The notes under the pieces: generated by a model | The model's input: the letters and a program-made list of their open reading frames with translations, nothing else | The model's database searches: none | Told to the model about the DNA's origin: nothing | Part shown: positions 1 through 9,395 of the stretch, piece after piece | Layout of the letters: every line of letters begins with the position of its first letter | How positions within the stretch are numbered: the first letter of the stretch is position 1 | Position numbers and translations under genes: made by a program | Source of the DNA: Alkanindiges illinoisensis DSM 15370 | Lineage (GTDB): Bacteria > Pseudomonadota > Gammaproteobacteria > Pseudomonadales > Moraxellaceae | Reading direction: 5' to 3' | Assembly: GCF_000619845.1 (NCBI RefSeq) | Contig: NZ_JHUX01000003.1 | Coordinates: 120,001-152,000, forward strand | Length of the DNA stretch: 32,000 bases

Positions 1-1938
1 CAACTTCAGCACTTACAATTAAAGCCTGAGTCATTATTACAGCAGCTACAAAATGTGCTACAGCGCGAGCGATTGCGCATTCGCCAGCATTTTATTCAGT
101 GGGATGCTAACCTAAGCCACGCTGCTAAAAATGCTGTTGCTGAAAGCCCTGTAGATGAAAGCCTTGTAGATAAAAATCATGCTGTTAAAAACAATGCGGC
201 CAAAGGCGTACTGTTGGGCCTGCTGACTGGTGATCGTAGCCTGATTGATGCAGACACCACCTTGCTTTACCAACAAATGGGCATTAGTCACCTGCTGGCC
301 ATTTCCGGCCCGCATGTCATTTTGGCCGCCTTAATCATCACTTGGTTGCTGCAAAAACTGCTTGATCGTTTCCCGGCATTGTATTTAAAAGCTGAACGCC
401 GCCGCTGGTTATTACCCGTTTTTATGCTGGTGGTGATGCTATACGCAGGCCTTGCCGGGTTTGATATTCCAGCACAGCGCACGGTGCTCATGGTTGGTCT
501 GGCTGCGGGGTTATTATGGTTTCGTCAGCGCTGGAGCCGCACGTGCATTTTACTGATGTCAGCAAGTATTTTACTGTTGCTTGATCCATTGGCAATCTTG
601 TCCGCAGCATTCTGGTTGTCCTTTGGTGCGGTTGCGATTTTACTCAGTATGAGTGTGCCACAACCGGGTCAACATGAAACCAGCGTTTCGCATAGCCAAA
701 TAAAACAGCGGCAAATAAAAGTAATGCAGTTTGTGCAATTGCAATGGCGACTGTTTGTATTGCTGTCCCCGCTGGTATTACTGAGCTTTGCGAAAATTTC
801 ATGGCTGGCGCCGCTGGTCAATTTGCTGGCTATTCCCTTGTTAAGTGCAGTGGTATTGCCTGTTAATTTACTGGCCTATGCGGTGTCCATGCTGTCACCT
901 GCGCTGGCCGACATGATCTGGCAACTGGCGTTATGGCTGCTTGATATTTTCCATGTCCTATTGCGTTTCTTAGCAACTACTTTTCCAAAAGCCCTGCAAC
1001 CGTTTTATTTAAGCCCGCTGCAACTGTTGGCATTGTTTGCCATGCTGGTAGTTTTAATATTGCCCAAAGGCCTGCTGCCGCGATGGTGGATGGTGTTTTT
1101 AATGATTCCAGCCTGCTATCCGGCGCGGCCTGTGGCTCCTTTGATCGTTCAGGTGCTGGATGTGGGGCAGGGCTTAAGTGTGATATTGAAAACCCGCAAA
1201 CATGCCATGCTGGTTGATACTGGCGCAAAGCTGGGTCACAGCAGTATGGGAGACAAAGTGGTGATTCCTGCCTTGCAGGCACAGGGCATTCAACGTCTGG
1301 ACAAGCTGATGCTCACCCATCTGGACAGTGACCATAGCGGTGGTGCGCCAGCCATATTGCAGCAACTAGCCGTTAGCCAGCTCACCAGCAGTGAAACATT
1401 TGCGCCGTATCCCACTTATCTATGTGAAGCCGGGCAAAGCTGGCAATGGGATGGCGTACAGTTTCGTGTTCTGTCACCATTACCGGCCCATTTTAGGGCT
1501 ACCGGGAAAATTACAAACTCAAAAAATGAAAAGTCCTGTGTGCTCATGGTTGAGGTACCAGCACAGGCTGATATTCCGGCACAGCGTGTGCTAATTATGG
1601 GAGATGCCGGGCTTTACACTGAGTTTATGCTGCAACGGCAGGCTATACCGCTACAGGCCGATTTATTGATTTTGGGTCATCATGGCAGCCAGCACAGCAG
1701 TTCCAGCCCGTTTCTGTCCAGTGTACAACCGCAGCGTGCGGTGGTTTCTGCGGGCTATCTCAACCGTTATGGTCATCCAAAACCAATTGTACTGGCGCGC
1801 CTGAATGAGCAAGGTATAGCAGTTGATTCCACCATTGATAGCGGCACACTAACGTATGTGCTGGGTCAGCAGAAATACCTCAAACCCCAGCGCTATCGTG
1901 ATAAAAATCTATGGTTGCAACGGATTTTTGATCAATGA
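1..1938 (+). CDS. comEC: DNA internalisation competence protein ComEC/Rec2, 5'-truncated by the window edge
   Basis: Frame 1 is open from base 1, so the GTG at 55 is only the first start-like codon in the track. The protein has a long polytopic hydrophobic competence domain. This is followed by metallo-beta-lactamase-fold motifs (VLDVGQG, THLDSDHSGG, GHHGS). Confidence 0.85.
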   Translation, partial: QLQHLQLKPESLLQQLQNVLQRERLRIRQHFIQWDANLSHAAKNAVAESPVDESLVDKNHAVKNNAAKGVLLGLLTGDRSLIDADTTLLYQQMGISHLLAISGPHVILAALIITWLLQKLLDRFPALYLKAERRRWLLPVFMLVVMLYAGLAGFDIPAQRTVLMVGLAAGLLWFRQRWSRTCILLMSASILLLLDPLAILSAAFWLSFGAVAILLSMSVPQPGQHETSVSHSQIKQRQIKVMQFVQLQWRLFVLLSPLVLLSFAKISWLAPLVNLLAIPLLSAVVLPVNLLAYAVSMLSPALADMIWQLALWLLDIFHVLLRFLATTFPKALQPFYLSPLQLLALFAMLVVLILPKGLLPRWWMVFLMIPACYPARPVAPLIVQVLDVGQGLSVILKTRKHAMLVDTGAKLGHSSMGDKVVIPALQAQGIQRLDKLMLTHLDSDHSGGAPAILQQLAVSQLTSSETFAPYPTYLCEAGQSWQWDGVQFRVLSPLPAHFRATGKITNSKNEKSCVLMVEVPAQADIPAQRVLIMGDAGLYTEFMLQRQAIPLQADLLILGHHGSQHSSSSPFLSSVQPQRAVVSAGYLNRYGHPKPIVLARLNEQGIAVDSTIDSGTLTYVLGQQKYLKPQRYRDKNLWLQRIFDQ

Positions 1939-1942
1939 ATCA

Positions 1943-2911
1943 TTAATAATCTTTGTTGATAAACGCCTGTCGTGCGCTGGCAATGGCAAGTGCAATTTGA
2001 TTTTCTGGCACATAGTAAATATTTTCAAGCTGTGGATTGGCCTTAAAGCGCTTGTAGCTCCAGTGATAATGTTCAGGATGGCGCCGGATCAATTGTTCAA
2101 TGCTATGGTTTAGGGTATCTACAGATTGCTGTAAATCCGGACTGCTAATCTTCTGGTCTATCGGCTCAATCATGATGGAAAAACCACCCTGTTCCGGTAG
2201 GCGAATACAGGACAGTTGCAACACATGGCAGCGGGTTTTTTGTGCCAGCCGCGAGACCAGTGTACTGGTCAATACCGGACAGCCAAAAAAGGATGAATAA
2301 ATTCCGCCAGTGGTTTCAGGCGTGTGATCAGGCAAAATGGCAGTGACGCCCCCTTGCTTGAGTGCTCGAAAAATCTGTCGTACCCCACTTTCATCGGTAG
2401 GCACCAGCGTGGCACGTAGCCGACTGCGTGCTGTAAGGACAAACTGGTCCAATGCCTGATTCTGGCTGGGTTTATACATGATCACTATATCGGTGAACTG
2501 ATTTAGCCAGGCATTCATGATTTCCCAACTGCCAAAATGCGGCACCACCAGAATTAGCCCCTGTTTGCTGACAATGGCATCCATCAGTAATTGTTGACCT
2601 TGTACCTGATGAATATGATCAATACTAAATTGCGGTGGACTGCCCCAGATTTTGACAAACTCCAGCATGGACTGGAATTGGGCCTGAACTGATTTTTTTG
2701 CCAGTTGATGACGCTGTTCCGGCTCTAATTCAGGAAATGCAATCTGCAGGTTACGGCTGACGGTTTTAAGTGCTTTCGCTGATGGCATAGTGATAATCAG
2801 CGTTGCCACCAGACGGGCCAACCATTGCAGCAGCCTTAGCGGTAACTTGCTAAATATTGCCAGTGTGCGACTCAAGCCAGAAACAGCCGGGGGATGATCC
2901 TGAATCATCAT
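1943..2911 (-). CDS. Lipid A late (lauroyl/myristoyl) acyltransferase, LpxL/LpxM/HtrB family
   Basis: 322 aa with an N-terminal hydrophobic anchor. It has an HX4E-type acyltransferase motif (VPHFGSWE) and the overall length and layout of the HtrB family. It is convergent with comEC, with only 4 nt between the two stop codons. Confidence 0.7.
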   Translation of the reverse strand: MMIQDHPPAVSGLSRTLAIFSKLPLRLLQWLARLVATLIITMPSAKALKTVSRNLQIAFPELEPEQRHQLAKKSVQAQFQSMLEFVKIWGSPPQFSIDHIHQVQGQQLLMDAIVSKQGLILVVPHFGSWEIMNAWLNQFTDIVIMYKPSQNQALDQFVLTARSRLRATLVPTDESGVRQIFRALKQGGVTAILPDHTPETTGGIYSSFFGCPVLTSTLVSRLAQKTRCHVLQLSCIRLPEQGGFSIMIEPIDQKISSPDLQQSVDTLNHSIEQLIRRHPEHYHWSYKRFKANPQLENIYYVPENQIALAIASARQAFINKDY

Positions 2912-2979
2912 ATGTTGAGATTAACCATATTTTAAGGTAAGAGTAAGCTGCTATTGTAGACACTCTTGGCCAAAACCTT

Positions 2980-3005
2980 CAGCAAAAGTTTTAACGCTTT
3001 TGCTG
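2980..3005. other. 9-8-9 inverted repeat in the lpxL-like/sppA divergent intergenic region
   Basis: The sequence is CAGCAAAAG-ttttaacg-CTTTTGCTG. It lies 69 nt upstream of the acyltransferase start and about 190 nt upstream of sppA. Confidence 0.5.
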
Positions 3006-3196
3006 TTGAAACAAAGCAATTTGCTCCCTAGGATTAATGCGCTATGATTTGGCACAGAGATACTGGCAAAACTGGCTGGCCCTAAACCTTTGGCGAAGCT
3101 GGTTTCCAAAAAAGATCTGTCCGTTTTTTAAAAGCAAAATAGCACCGGTCAACAGTTCGCAACTTTTGCATAAAACCATTTTATAAGGTTATTTTC

Positions 3197-4246
3197 ATGT
3201 CCGATTGGCCACCAAAACCAGATTCTTCCCATACCCCACCTCCACAAGACCCACGCTCACCAGATCATCATTCCGCAGTAACCCAGGGCGACGCCTTGCA
3301 GGTTCTGGAAAAAGCGGTACTGGCATCGGTTCAGGAACAGCGTCGTGCCCGCCGCTGGAGCATTTTTTTCAAACTGCTGGCGTTTGGCTATATCTTGTTG
3401 CTGTTCATCATCATGGGACGCGGTTGCAGCATGCATGAAGGTGGGGCAGTGTCTGTTGGCAGTACTTCACCGCATCTGGCCGTGGTTGATATTGATGGCA
3501 CCATTGGTTCCGGTTCCAACGATGTGAACAGTGAGGATGTTTCCGAAGCACTGGAAAAGGCATTTGAAGCCAGTGGTAGCAAGGCTATTGCATTAAAAAT
3601 CAACTCGCCCGGTGGTTCACCTGTTCAATCCGATGAAATCTGGCAGGAAATCAAACGACTGCGTGCTGAACACAAAGACAAGAAAGTGTATGCCGTGATT
3701 GGCGATATGGGTGCTTCCGGTGCCTATTATATTGCGTCTGCTGCCGATGAGATTTATGTGAATCCATCCAGTCTGGTGGGTTCTATTGGGGTGATTATGC
3801 CCAACTATGGCGTGTCGGAACTGGCGCGCAAGATTGGGGTGGAAGACCGCACCATGACAGCCGGAGCGCATAAGGCCATTTTAAGCCCAACTCAGCCAGT
3901 AAACCCTGAGGAGCGGGCACATATCCAGAACCTGCTCAATAATGTACATGGTCATTTTATTGCAGCGGTAAAAGCAGGCCGTGGTAAGCGCTTAAAAGAA
4001 AATCCGGATATGTTTAGTGGTTTGTTCTGGACGGGTGAGCAGGCCATTGCTTTGGGTCTGGCTGATCATAACGGCAGTGTCAGTTCGCTGGCTCGTGAAT
4101 TAAAACTGGATAAAACCGTTGAGTACACGCTGCCTGCCAATCCACTGGAAAGCCTGCTGGGACGCATGGGTACTTCAATTGGACAAGGAATTGGAATGTC
4201 TGTTCAGCAACGGCTAGAAAGCCAGCAAACTGCGGAGCTTCGATGA
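3197..4246 (+). CDS. sppA: S49-family signal peptide peptidase (SppA, 36K type)
   Basis: It has an N-terminal TM anchor (IFFKLLAFGYILLLFIIM). The ClpP/crotonase-like body carries the serine-nucleophile context GDMGASGAYYIASAAD. The stop codon overlaps the next start (ATGA). Confidence 0.8.
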   Translation: MSDWPPKPDSSHTPPPQDPRSPDHHSAVTQGDALQVLEKAVLASVQEQRRARRWSIFFKLLAFGYILLLFIIMGRGCSMHEGGAVSVGSTSPHLAVVDIDGTIGSGSNDVNSEDVSEALEKAFEASGSKAIALKINSPGGSPVQSDEIWQEIKRLRAEHKDKKVYAVIGDMGASGAYYIASAADEIYVNPSSLVGSIGVIMPNYGVSELARKIGVEDRTMTAGAHKAILSPTQPVNPEERAHIQNLLNNVHGHFIAAVKAGRGKRLKENPDMFSGLFWTGEQAIALGLADHNGSVSSLARELKLDKTVEYTLPANPLESLLGRMGTSIGQGIGMSVQQRLESQQTAELR

Positions 4247-5049
4247 AACCCCTGATTCACTTTGCCCATGCCAATGGGATTCCTTCAAAGGTATATAGCA
4301 AGTTTTTTGACGCCCTGGCTGATGAATACGATGTGGTGTTTCTGCCGGAAATTGGGACTGATCCCAAGTATCCCATTTCCAATCACTGGACGCATCTGGT
4401 GACACAGGTGATTGACAGTATTGAACGGCAGGCGCAAGGCAGACCTGTAATTGCCATGGGCCATTCACTGGGTGGGCTGCTGAGTTTTATGGCAGCCTAT
4501 CGTCGTCCTGAGCTTTTTCAGCAACTGATTATGCTGGACCCGCCACTGATTAATGGTTTTCCGTCATTTGGCATTCATCTGGCCAAGCTGTTTAACCAGA
4601 AGTATGTGGACAAACTCACGCCTGCCGGAATTTCCATTAATCGCCGTGATAATTGGGAAAGCCGTGAAGAAGCCGCGACTAAACTCAAGTCACGCGGATT
4701 TTTTGCCAACTTTGATCCACAGTGTTTTGATGATTATATCCGTTATGGCCTGACCGATGATCCGATCCGGGGCGGTGTAACCCTAAGCATTCCCAAAATG
4801 GCAGAAGTAGAAATTTTCCGTACCAATCCATCGCTATTCTGGTTTAAGCCGCGCAAGGCGCCCAAAATACCCGTTAAGCTGGTAGTTGGGCAGAGCAGCC
4901 AGTTTTTACAGCGGGGTTTCCCGCAACGCGTAAAACGTCTGCTGGGTATTGAATATATCATTACCGAAGGCGGCCACATGTTTCCGCTGGAACATCCGGA
5001 GCAGGTGGCACGTTTGGTCAAGCAGTTGATTGTCGAGCAGCAAAAGTAA
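4243..5049 (+). CDS. Alpha/beta-fold hydrolase of unknown substrate
   Basis: It has the nucleophile elbow GHSLGG and a C-terminal GGHMFPLEHP (triad His context). There is a 4-nt ATGA overlap with sppA. Confidence 0.75.
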   Translation: MKPLIHFAHANGIPSKVYSKFFDALADEYDVVFLPEIGTDPKYPISNHWTHLVTQVIDSIERQAQGRPVIAMGHSLGGLLSFMAAYRRPELFQQLIMLDPPLINGFPSFGIHLAKLFNQKYVDKLTPAGISINRRDNWESREEAATKLKSRGFFANFDPQCFDDYIRYGLTDDPIRGGVTLSIPKMAEVEIFRTNPSLFWFKPRKAPKIPVKLVVGQSSQFLQRGFPQRVKRLLGIEYIITEGGHMFPLEHPEQVARLVKQLIVEQQK

Positions 5050-5126
5050 GTTGAATCACTGGTTGATTTAGTGCTGGGTAATATACTCAGCCTATCTTTC
5101 TTATCTAAATAACCTTTGTAAAAAAA

Positions 5127-5999
5127 TTGATAGATTACAATTCTGAGTTGAATTTAACATCTAGTGAAATTATCAGCACACATGTTGAAGACTACAAAAC
5201 GCGTGAAAATGCTGGTATGAACATGATTTTGCAGATGCGAAAGACAGGAATGTTAGATGCATTATCAGGAAAGCGGCATCTTTTGGGAGACGATATTAAT
5301 AGTATAGGAATTACCTATGCTCAAAAATCTTTTCAATTAATTGAGAATAGCAATATAAATGTAGAAGCTTTATATTTTCTTAATTTATCCTTAATGTATA
5401 GTGAGGTTGGTTTAGGGGTTAAGCTCGAAGATTTTAAAAAGAATCAATTAAATGGTCTGAAGGTTCACAGATTTAAAAAGTATTTTTCAGAATTTGCCTG
5501 TTTGTTATTATGGGCGATTTTAATGGACAATCGAAATCTGGCTATAAAACTAAAAAATAACTTGGAATTTTGCTTGAGTCAGAAAGCAATACTAAAAAGC
5601 TTTCCACTGGATTTTGAATATTTTAGTTTATGGTTATTTTATCGATGGCAGGGTTCTAACACAGAAACTGGTCTATTTATAAAGGGGTTCTTTAAAGACC
5701 TTATGGATCAGTGGTACGCGCCAGCAATAGAACTTGAAAATATTATTCGCAAAATTTGTGACTATCATTGCTTGGAAACTGTTGATAATGATAGTCGTAA
5801 ATTTCCACCAAAATTTTTAAATCCACCTCTTACTTTATTACCATTAGAGATCCATGTTATCAATAAACTACGACTGGTTGAAGGCCTTGAGGAAATTAAT
5901 GCCAATCATCCATTGATGAATACTAATATCGCAAAAATCAGGGATTTTCAAATTATTGAAGATGATTTATTGGAACAGATAGAAATTAGCCTTTTCTGA
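5127..5999 (+). CDS. Hypothetical protein, mostly helical by composition, no recognisable motif, in an AT-rich insert
   Basis: It is a long ORF in a strongly AT-rich segment. The start is uncertain: TTG at 5127 or ATG at 5217/5223, with no clear SD for any of them. I see no signal peptide, TM segment, Walker or nuclease motif. Confidence 0.55.
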   Translation: MIDYNSELNLTSSEIISTHVEDYKTRENAGMNMILQMRKTGMLDALSGKRHLLGDDINSIGITYAQKSFQLIENSNINVEALYFLNLSLMYSEVGLGVKLEDFKKNQLNGLKVHRFKKYFSEFACLLLWAILMDNRNLAIKLKNNLEFCLSQKAILKSFPLDFEYFSLWLFYRWQGSNTETGLFIKGFFKDLMDQWYAPAIELENIIRKICDYHCLETVDNDSRKFPPKFLNPPLTLLPLEIHVINKLRLVEGLEEINANHPLMNTNIAKIRDFQIIEDDLLEQIEISLF

Positions 6000-6021
6000 T
6001 CAAAGAGTTCTAGGTATTTAT

Positions 6022-6465
6022 ATGAATATAGATTATGAGAGTATTTCACAATCGGCATTTGATAAGTTGCATTTATGGCTAAATGCTGTTGCGAGTGAAG
6101 AGAGCTATCATCGTTGGGTAAAAGATGGAAGAATTCGTATAGTTGATATTTGGGATGTTTTTACCAAAGTTCCATTCATGTATGTTTTTGATTGGAAGGA
6201 CACTATTGAAGATTGTATTGCTGAAATTCAGGCAGAAATGCCAACCTTTGCCATATTAAATGATATTGATCTGAAAAATTTAAGCTTTAATGATTTAGAG
6301 GGAATTCTTTCAAATTACAATCAGAAGCAAAATGAACAGAGCGTATTAATTTTTGGTAAATCATGGCATGACAGTGATGGGGTCATGCTTATTATAGTAA
6401 ATACTGAAATAGCAGAAAAAATAGTAAATAATGATGAATTAGCATCACTATTTACTATAATTTAA
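6022..6465 (+). CDS. Hypothetical small acidic protein (147 aa), no recognisable motif
   Basis: The ATG lies 22 nt after the previous stop on the same strand, with a weak AGG about 8 nt upstream. It has the same AT-rich composition as its neighbour. Confidence 0.6.
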   Translation: MNIDYESISQSAFDKLHLWLNAVASEESYHRWVKDGRIRIVDIWDVFTKVPFMYVFDWKDTIEDCIAEIQAEMPTFAILNDIDLKNLSFNDLEGILSNYNQKQNEQSVLIFGKSWHDSDGVMLIIVNTEIAEKIVNNDELASLFTII

Positions 6466-6528
6466 ATATATATAGCGGTTTGCCAAATATACCTTTAGGG
6501 GATAAAGAAAACTTATTTAATATTATGA

Positions 6529-8496
6529 TTACTCTATAGAAACTTCAATCTTTAGCAGCACCTGTCGTTTCTTCACTTGCTGGCCAACTTGTCCAATAAT
6601 CTCGGCAACCACGCCATCCACATCGGCCTTGATCTGCTGCTGAATTTTCATGGCTTCCAGAATGAGCAAGGTTTGGCCTTTGCTTACGCTGTCACCTGCA
6701 TTCACTAGTACATTAACAATCGCCCCATCCATTGGGGCACGAATTTGGCCATCACCTGCGGTATTGGCACTGGCAGGCGGCGCATAAGTGGTATGCTGAA
6801 TAGTCAGGTTGCCATTGGCACGATCCAGATACAGCGTATCACTTTGTTGCACATAGGCCACACGACGGCGCACCCCTTCCCAGATATAAGTCAGCAGTTT
6901 TTCTTGCTGATGTAGTATTTGCAAGGTTGCCTGTTGTTCATTCCAGCTTAAATGCAAGCCATCATCTTTGGCCAGCGCTTGTAAGCCATAAGTCTGCTCA
7001 CCAATTTGCAGCTTGATGACTCGTGGTAAATCCAGTGCACTTTGCCAAACCTGATCATTGTCATCACCTGAACTGGCATATAGTGCCGCTGCAATACTCA
7101 GTGATTCAAAGTCTGCATTCACCGGATGGAGACTCACATCATCACTAAAATGCTGGGCAATAAATGCCGTGCTGGTATTACCCGCAACCAGCTCAGGATG
7201 GCGTAACAGGTTGACCAAAAACTGCTTGTTGCTATTTACCCCCAGCAGCACAGAATCTTCAACCGCGCGGGCCAGCAGGCGCACAGCATCCTCACGGGTT
7301 TTACCATAGGCAATGATTTTGGCAATCATCGGATCATAGTAGGGACTCACTTCGCCTTGTTGTGTCATGCCATGATCAATACGCACATTAGGCAGTTGCT
7401 GATCACTGCCAGCGGGTTGCCACAGCAATACAGAGCCAGTTTGCGGTAAAAACTGCTGGCTTGGGTCTTCGGCATACAAGCGCACTTCAATGGCATGGCC
7501 ATTAAGCTGGAGTTGCCCTTGCTGTAATGGCAGTGGCTCACCATTGGCCACCCGGAGTTGCCATTCGACCAGATCAAGACCGGTAATCAGCTCGGTGACA
7601 GGATGCTCAACCTGCAAGCGGGTATTCATTTCCAGAAAGTAAAAATTGCCTTCGCTGTCCAGCAAGAATTCAACCGTACCCGCACCCACATAATTACAGG
7701 ACTTGGCAGCGGCTACCGCAGCTTTGCCCATCTGCTTTCGCAGGTCATCAGTCATTACCGGACAAGGTGCTTCTTCCACCACTTTCTGGTGGCGGCGCTG
7801 AATGGAGCAGTCGCGCTCAAACAAATACACCACATTGCCATGCGTATCACCAAATACTTGAACTTCCACATGGCGCGGGGCAATGACCGCACGTTCCAAA
7901 ATTAGCTCGCCAGAACCAAAGGCATTTTCAGCTTCTGAACGGGCAGTTGCCAGTGCAGCAGGCAAGTCATCTGCTGTTTCGACCAGACGCATACCACGGC
8001 CACCACCACCTGCCGAGGCTTTGACCATTAAGGGAAAACCAATTTTTTGGCCTTGCTCGGTTAGATGTTCCAGTGATTGCTCGCCGCCTTCGTACCCGGG
8101 AATGCAGGGCACACCGGCTTCAATCATGGCAATTTTGGATAAGCGCTTACTGCCCATTAGTTCAATGGCGTGTGGCGTTGGACCAATAAAGCTAATGCCT
8201 GCCTGCTGGCACGCCTGCGCAAAACCGGAATTTTCTGACAAAAAACCATAACCCGGATGAATGGCATCCGCGCCAGTCAGCTTGGCTGCATTGAGGATAT
8301 TTTCAATTTTCAGGTAGGATTCACTGACCTTGGATTCGCCAATGCAAACGGCTTCATCAGCGAACTGTACATGTAGCGCATTGGCATCTGCATGAGAGTA
8401 AACAGCTACAGTCTGGTAGCCCAATGCCTTGGCAGTGCGCATCACCCGAACTGCAATTTCACCACGGTTGGCGACTAAAACTTTGGAGAATGCCAT
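6529..8496 (-). CDS. atuF: Biotin carboxylase + biotin carboxyl carrier subunit of an acyl-CoA carboxylase (geranyl-CoA/methylcrotonyl-CoA carboxylase alpha, AtuF-like)
   Basis: The N-terminus is of ATP-grasp biotin carboxylase type (KVLVANRGEIA, GGGGRGMR). The C-terminal biotinyl domain has EAMKI, with the Lys codon at 6646-6648. I moved the start to the ATG at 8496, which is preceded by GGGAGG. The position in the atu-type cluster supports the call. Confidence 0.85.
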   Translation of the reverse strand: MAFSKVLVANRGEIAVRVMRTAKALGYQTVAVYSHADANALHVQFADEAVCIGESKVSESYLKIENILNAAKLTGADAIHPGYGFLSENSGFAQACQQAGISFIGPTPHAIELMGSKRLSKIAMIEAGVPCIPGYEGGEQSLEHLTEQGQKIGFPLMVKASAGGGGRGMRLVETADDLPAALATARSEAENAFGSGELILERAVIAPRHVEVQVFGDTHGNVVYLFERDCSIQRRHQKVVEEAPCPVMTDDLRKQMGKAAVAAAKSCNYVGAGTVEFLLDSEGNFYFLEMNTRLQVEHPVTELITGLDLVEWQLRVANGEPLPLQQGQLQLNGHAIEVRLYAEDPSQQFLPQTGSVLLWQPAGSDQQLPNVRIDHGMTQQGEVSPYYDPMIAKIIAYGKTREDAVRLLARAVEDSVLLGVNSNKQFLVNLLRHPELVAGNTSTAFIAQHFSDDVSLHPVNADFESLSIAAALYASSGDDNDQVWQSALDLPRVIKLQIGEQTYGLQALAKDDGLHLSWNEQQATLQILHQQEKLLTYIWEGVRRRVAYVQQSDTLYLDRANGNLTIQHTTYAPPASANTAGDGQIRAPMDGAIVNVLVNAGDSVSKGQTLLILEAMKIQQQIKADVDGVVAEIIGQVGQQVKKRQVLLKIEVSIE

Positions 8497-8560
8497 GCGG
8501 CCTCCCATTTCTATAAAAAATTAGATAAAAACATTAAAAATATTGGTTACTTGAATGGGT

Positions 8561-9376
8561 TTAATCAGCCCACTTTGGCAAGCGTTTCTGGATAAATGCC
8601 ATGGTGCCCTCAGTGCCTTCATCACTACTCACTGCTGCGGCAAACTGTATAGCTGCCTGGTCCAGTGTCTTGCTTAGATCATTGACCTGCGTACTGTTGT
8701 GGAGCAGGGCTTTGGTCACACGGCTGGCATTGGGCGCAGTACGGCGGATTTGCTGTAAAGTGGTGCTTAGCGCATCATTCAAGGCCTCATCACTGCTTAA
8801 CACCTCATGCACAATACCAATGCGTGCCGCTTCCTGACCATCAAAGCGATTACCCAGCAACGCCAAACGACGGGCTTGTGTCAGGCCAATGCGTTGTACA
8901 ACAAATGGGGCAATTTGCGCTGGAATCACGCCAAGGCCAGTTTCCGGCAAGCCAAACTGGGCATTATCACGGCACAGTGCAATATCAGACACACAGGCCA
9001 AGCCAAAACCACCACCCAGCACAGCACCTTCCAGTACCGCAACCACCACTTGCGGCGCATGGTTGACTTGTTCAATCAGGGTGCCAAACGCACGGTTAAA
9101 TCGGATATAACCGTCATGGTTGCCAGCACTCATGGCCTCGCTTCGTAAGGCCGCCATATCCTTGATGTCGCCACCAGCACAGAAGTGTCCACCCACACCA
9201 CGCAAGACCACAGCACGAATGTTTAAATCATCTTGAATGGCATTGAATACGCTGACCAGCTCCCGCAACATGGTTTCACTCATGGCATTGCGCAGTTCCG
9301 GGCGATTGAGGGTGACATGCAGCACTGCACCGTCTTGCTCGAGTAACAGGGTTTGTGGATTCTCAATTCCAAACAT
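8561..9376 (-). CDS. atuE: Enoyl-CoA hydratase/isomerase (crotonase) family, AtuE-like
   Basis: It has crotonase motifs (GGHFCAGGDIK, GAVLGGGFGLA). I moved the start to the ATG at 9376 (MFGIENPQ...), which has AGGA upstream and lies 19 nt after the upstream stop. The longer track ORF would overlap the preceding gene. Confidence 0.8.
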   Translation of the reverse strand: MFGIENPQTLLLEQDGAVLHVTLNRPELRNAMSETMLRELVSVFNAIQDDLNIRAVVLRGVGGHFCAGGDIKDMAALRSEAMSAGNHDGYIRFNRAFGTLIEQVNHAPQVVVAVLEGAVLGGGFGLACVSDIALCRDNAQFGLPETGLGVIPAQIAPFVVQRIGLTQARRLALLGNRFDGQEAARIGIVHEVLSSDEALNDALSTTLQQIRRTAPNASRVTKALLHNSTQVNDLSKTLDQAAIQFAAAVSSDEGTEGTMAFIQKRLPKWAD

Positions 9377-9395
9377 AATCTTTTTTCCTAAAAAT

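Noticed and set aside
5107-5118. An imperfect direct repeat flanking the AT-rich insert: AAATAACCTTTG at 5107-5118 and AAATATACCTTTA at 6485-6497. It is a possible target-site duplication or att remnant.
   Set aside because: It is short, gapped and AT-rich, so it is easily produced by chance in such sequence. No recombinase or inverted terminal repeats accompany it. I mention it only as something to test with comparative genomics.
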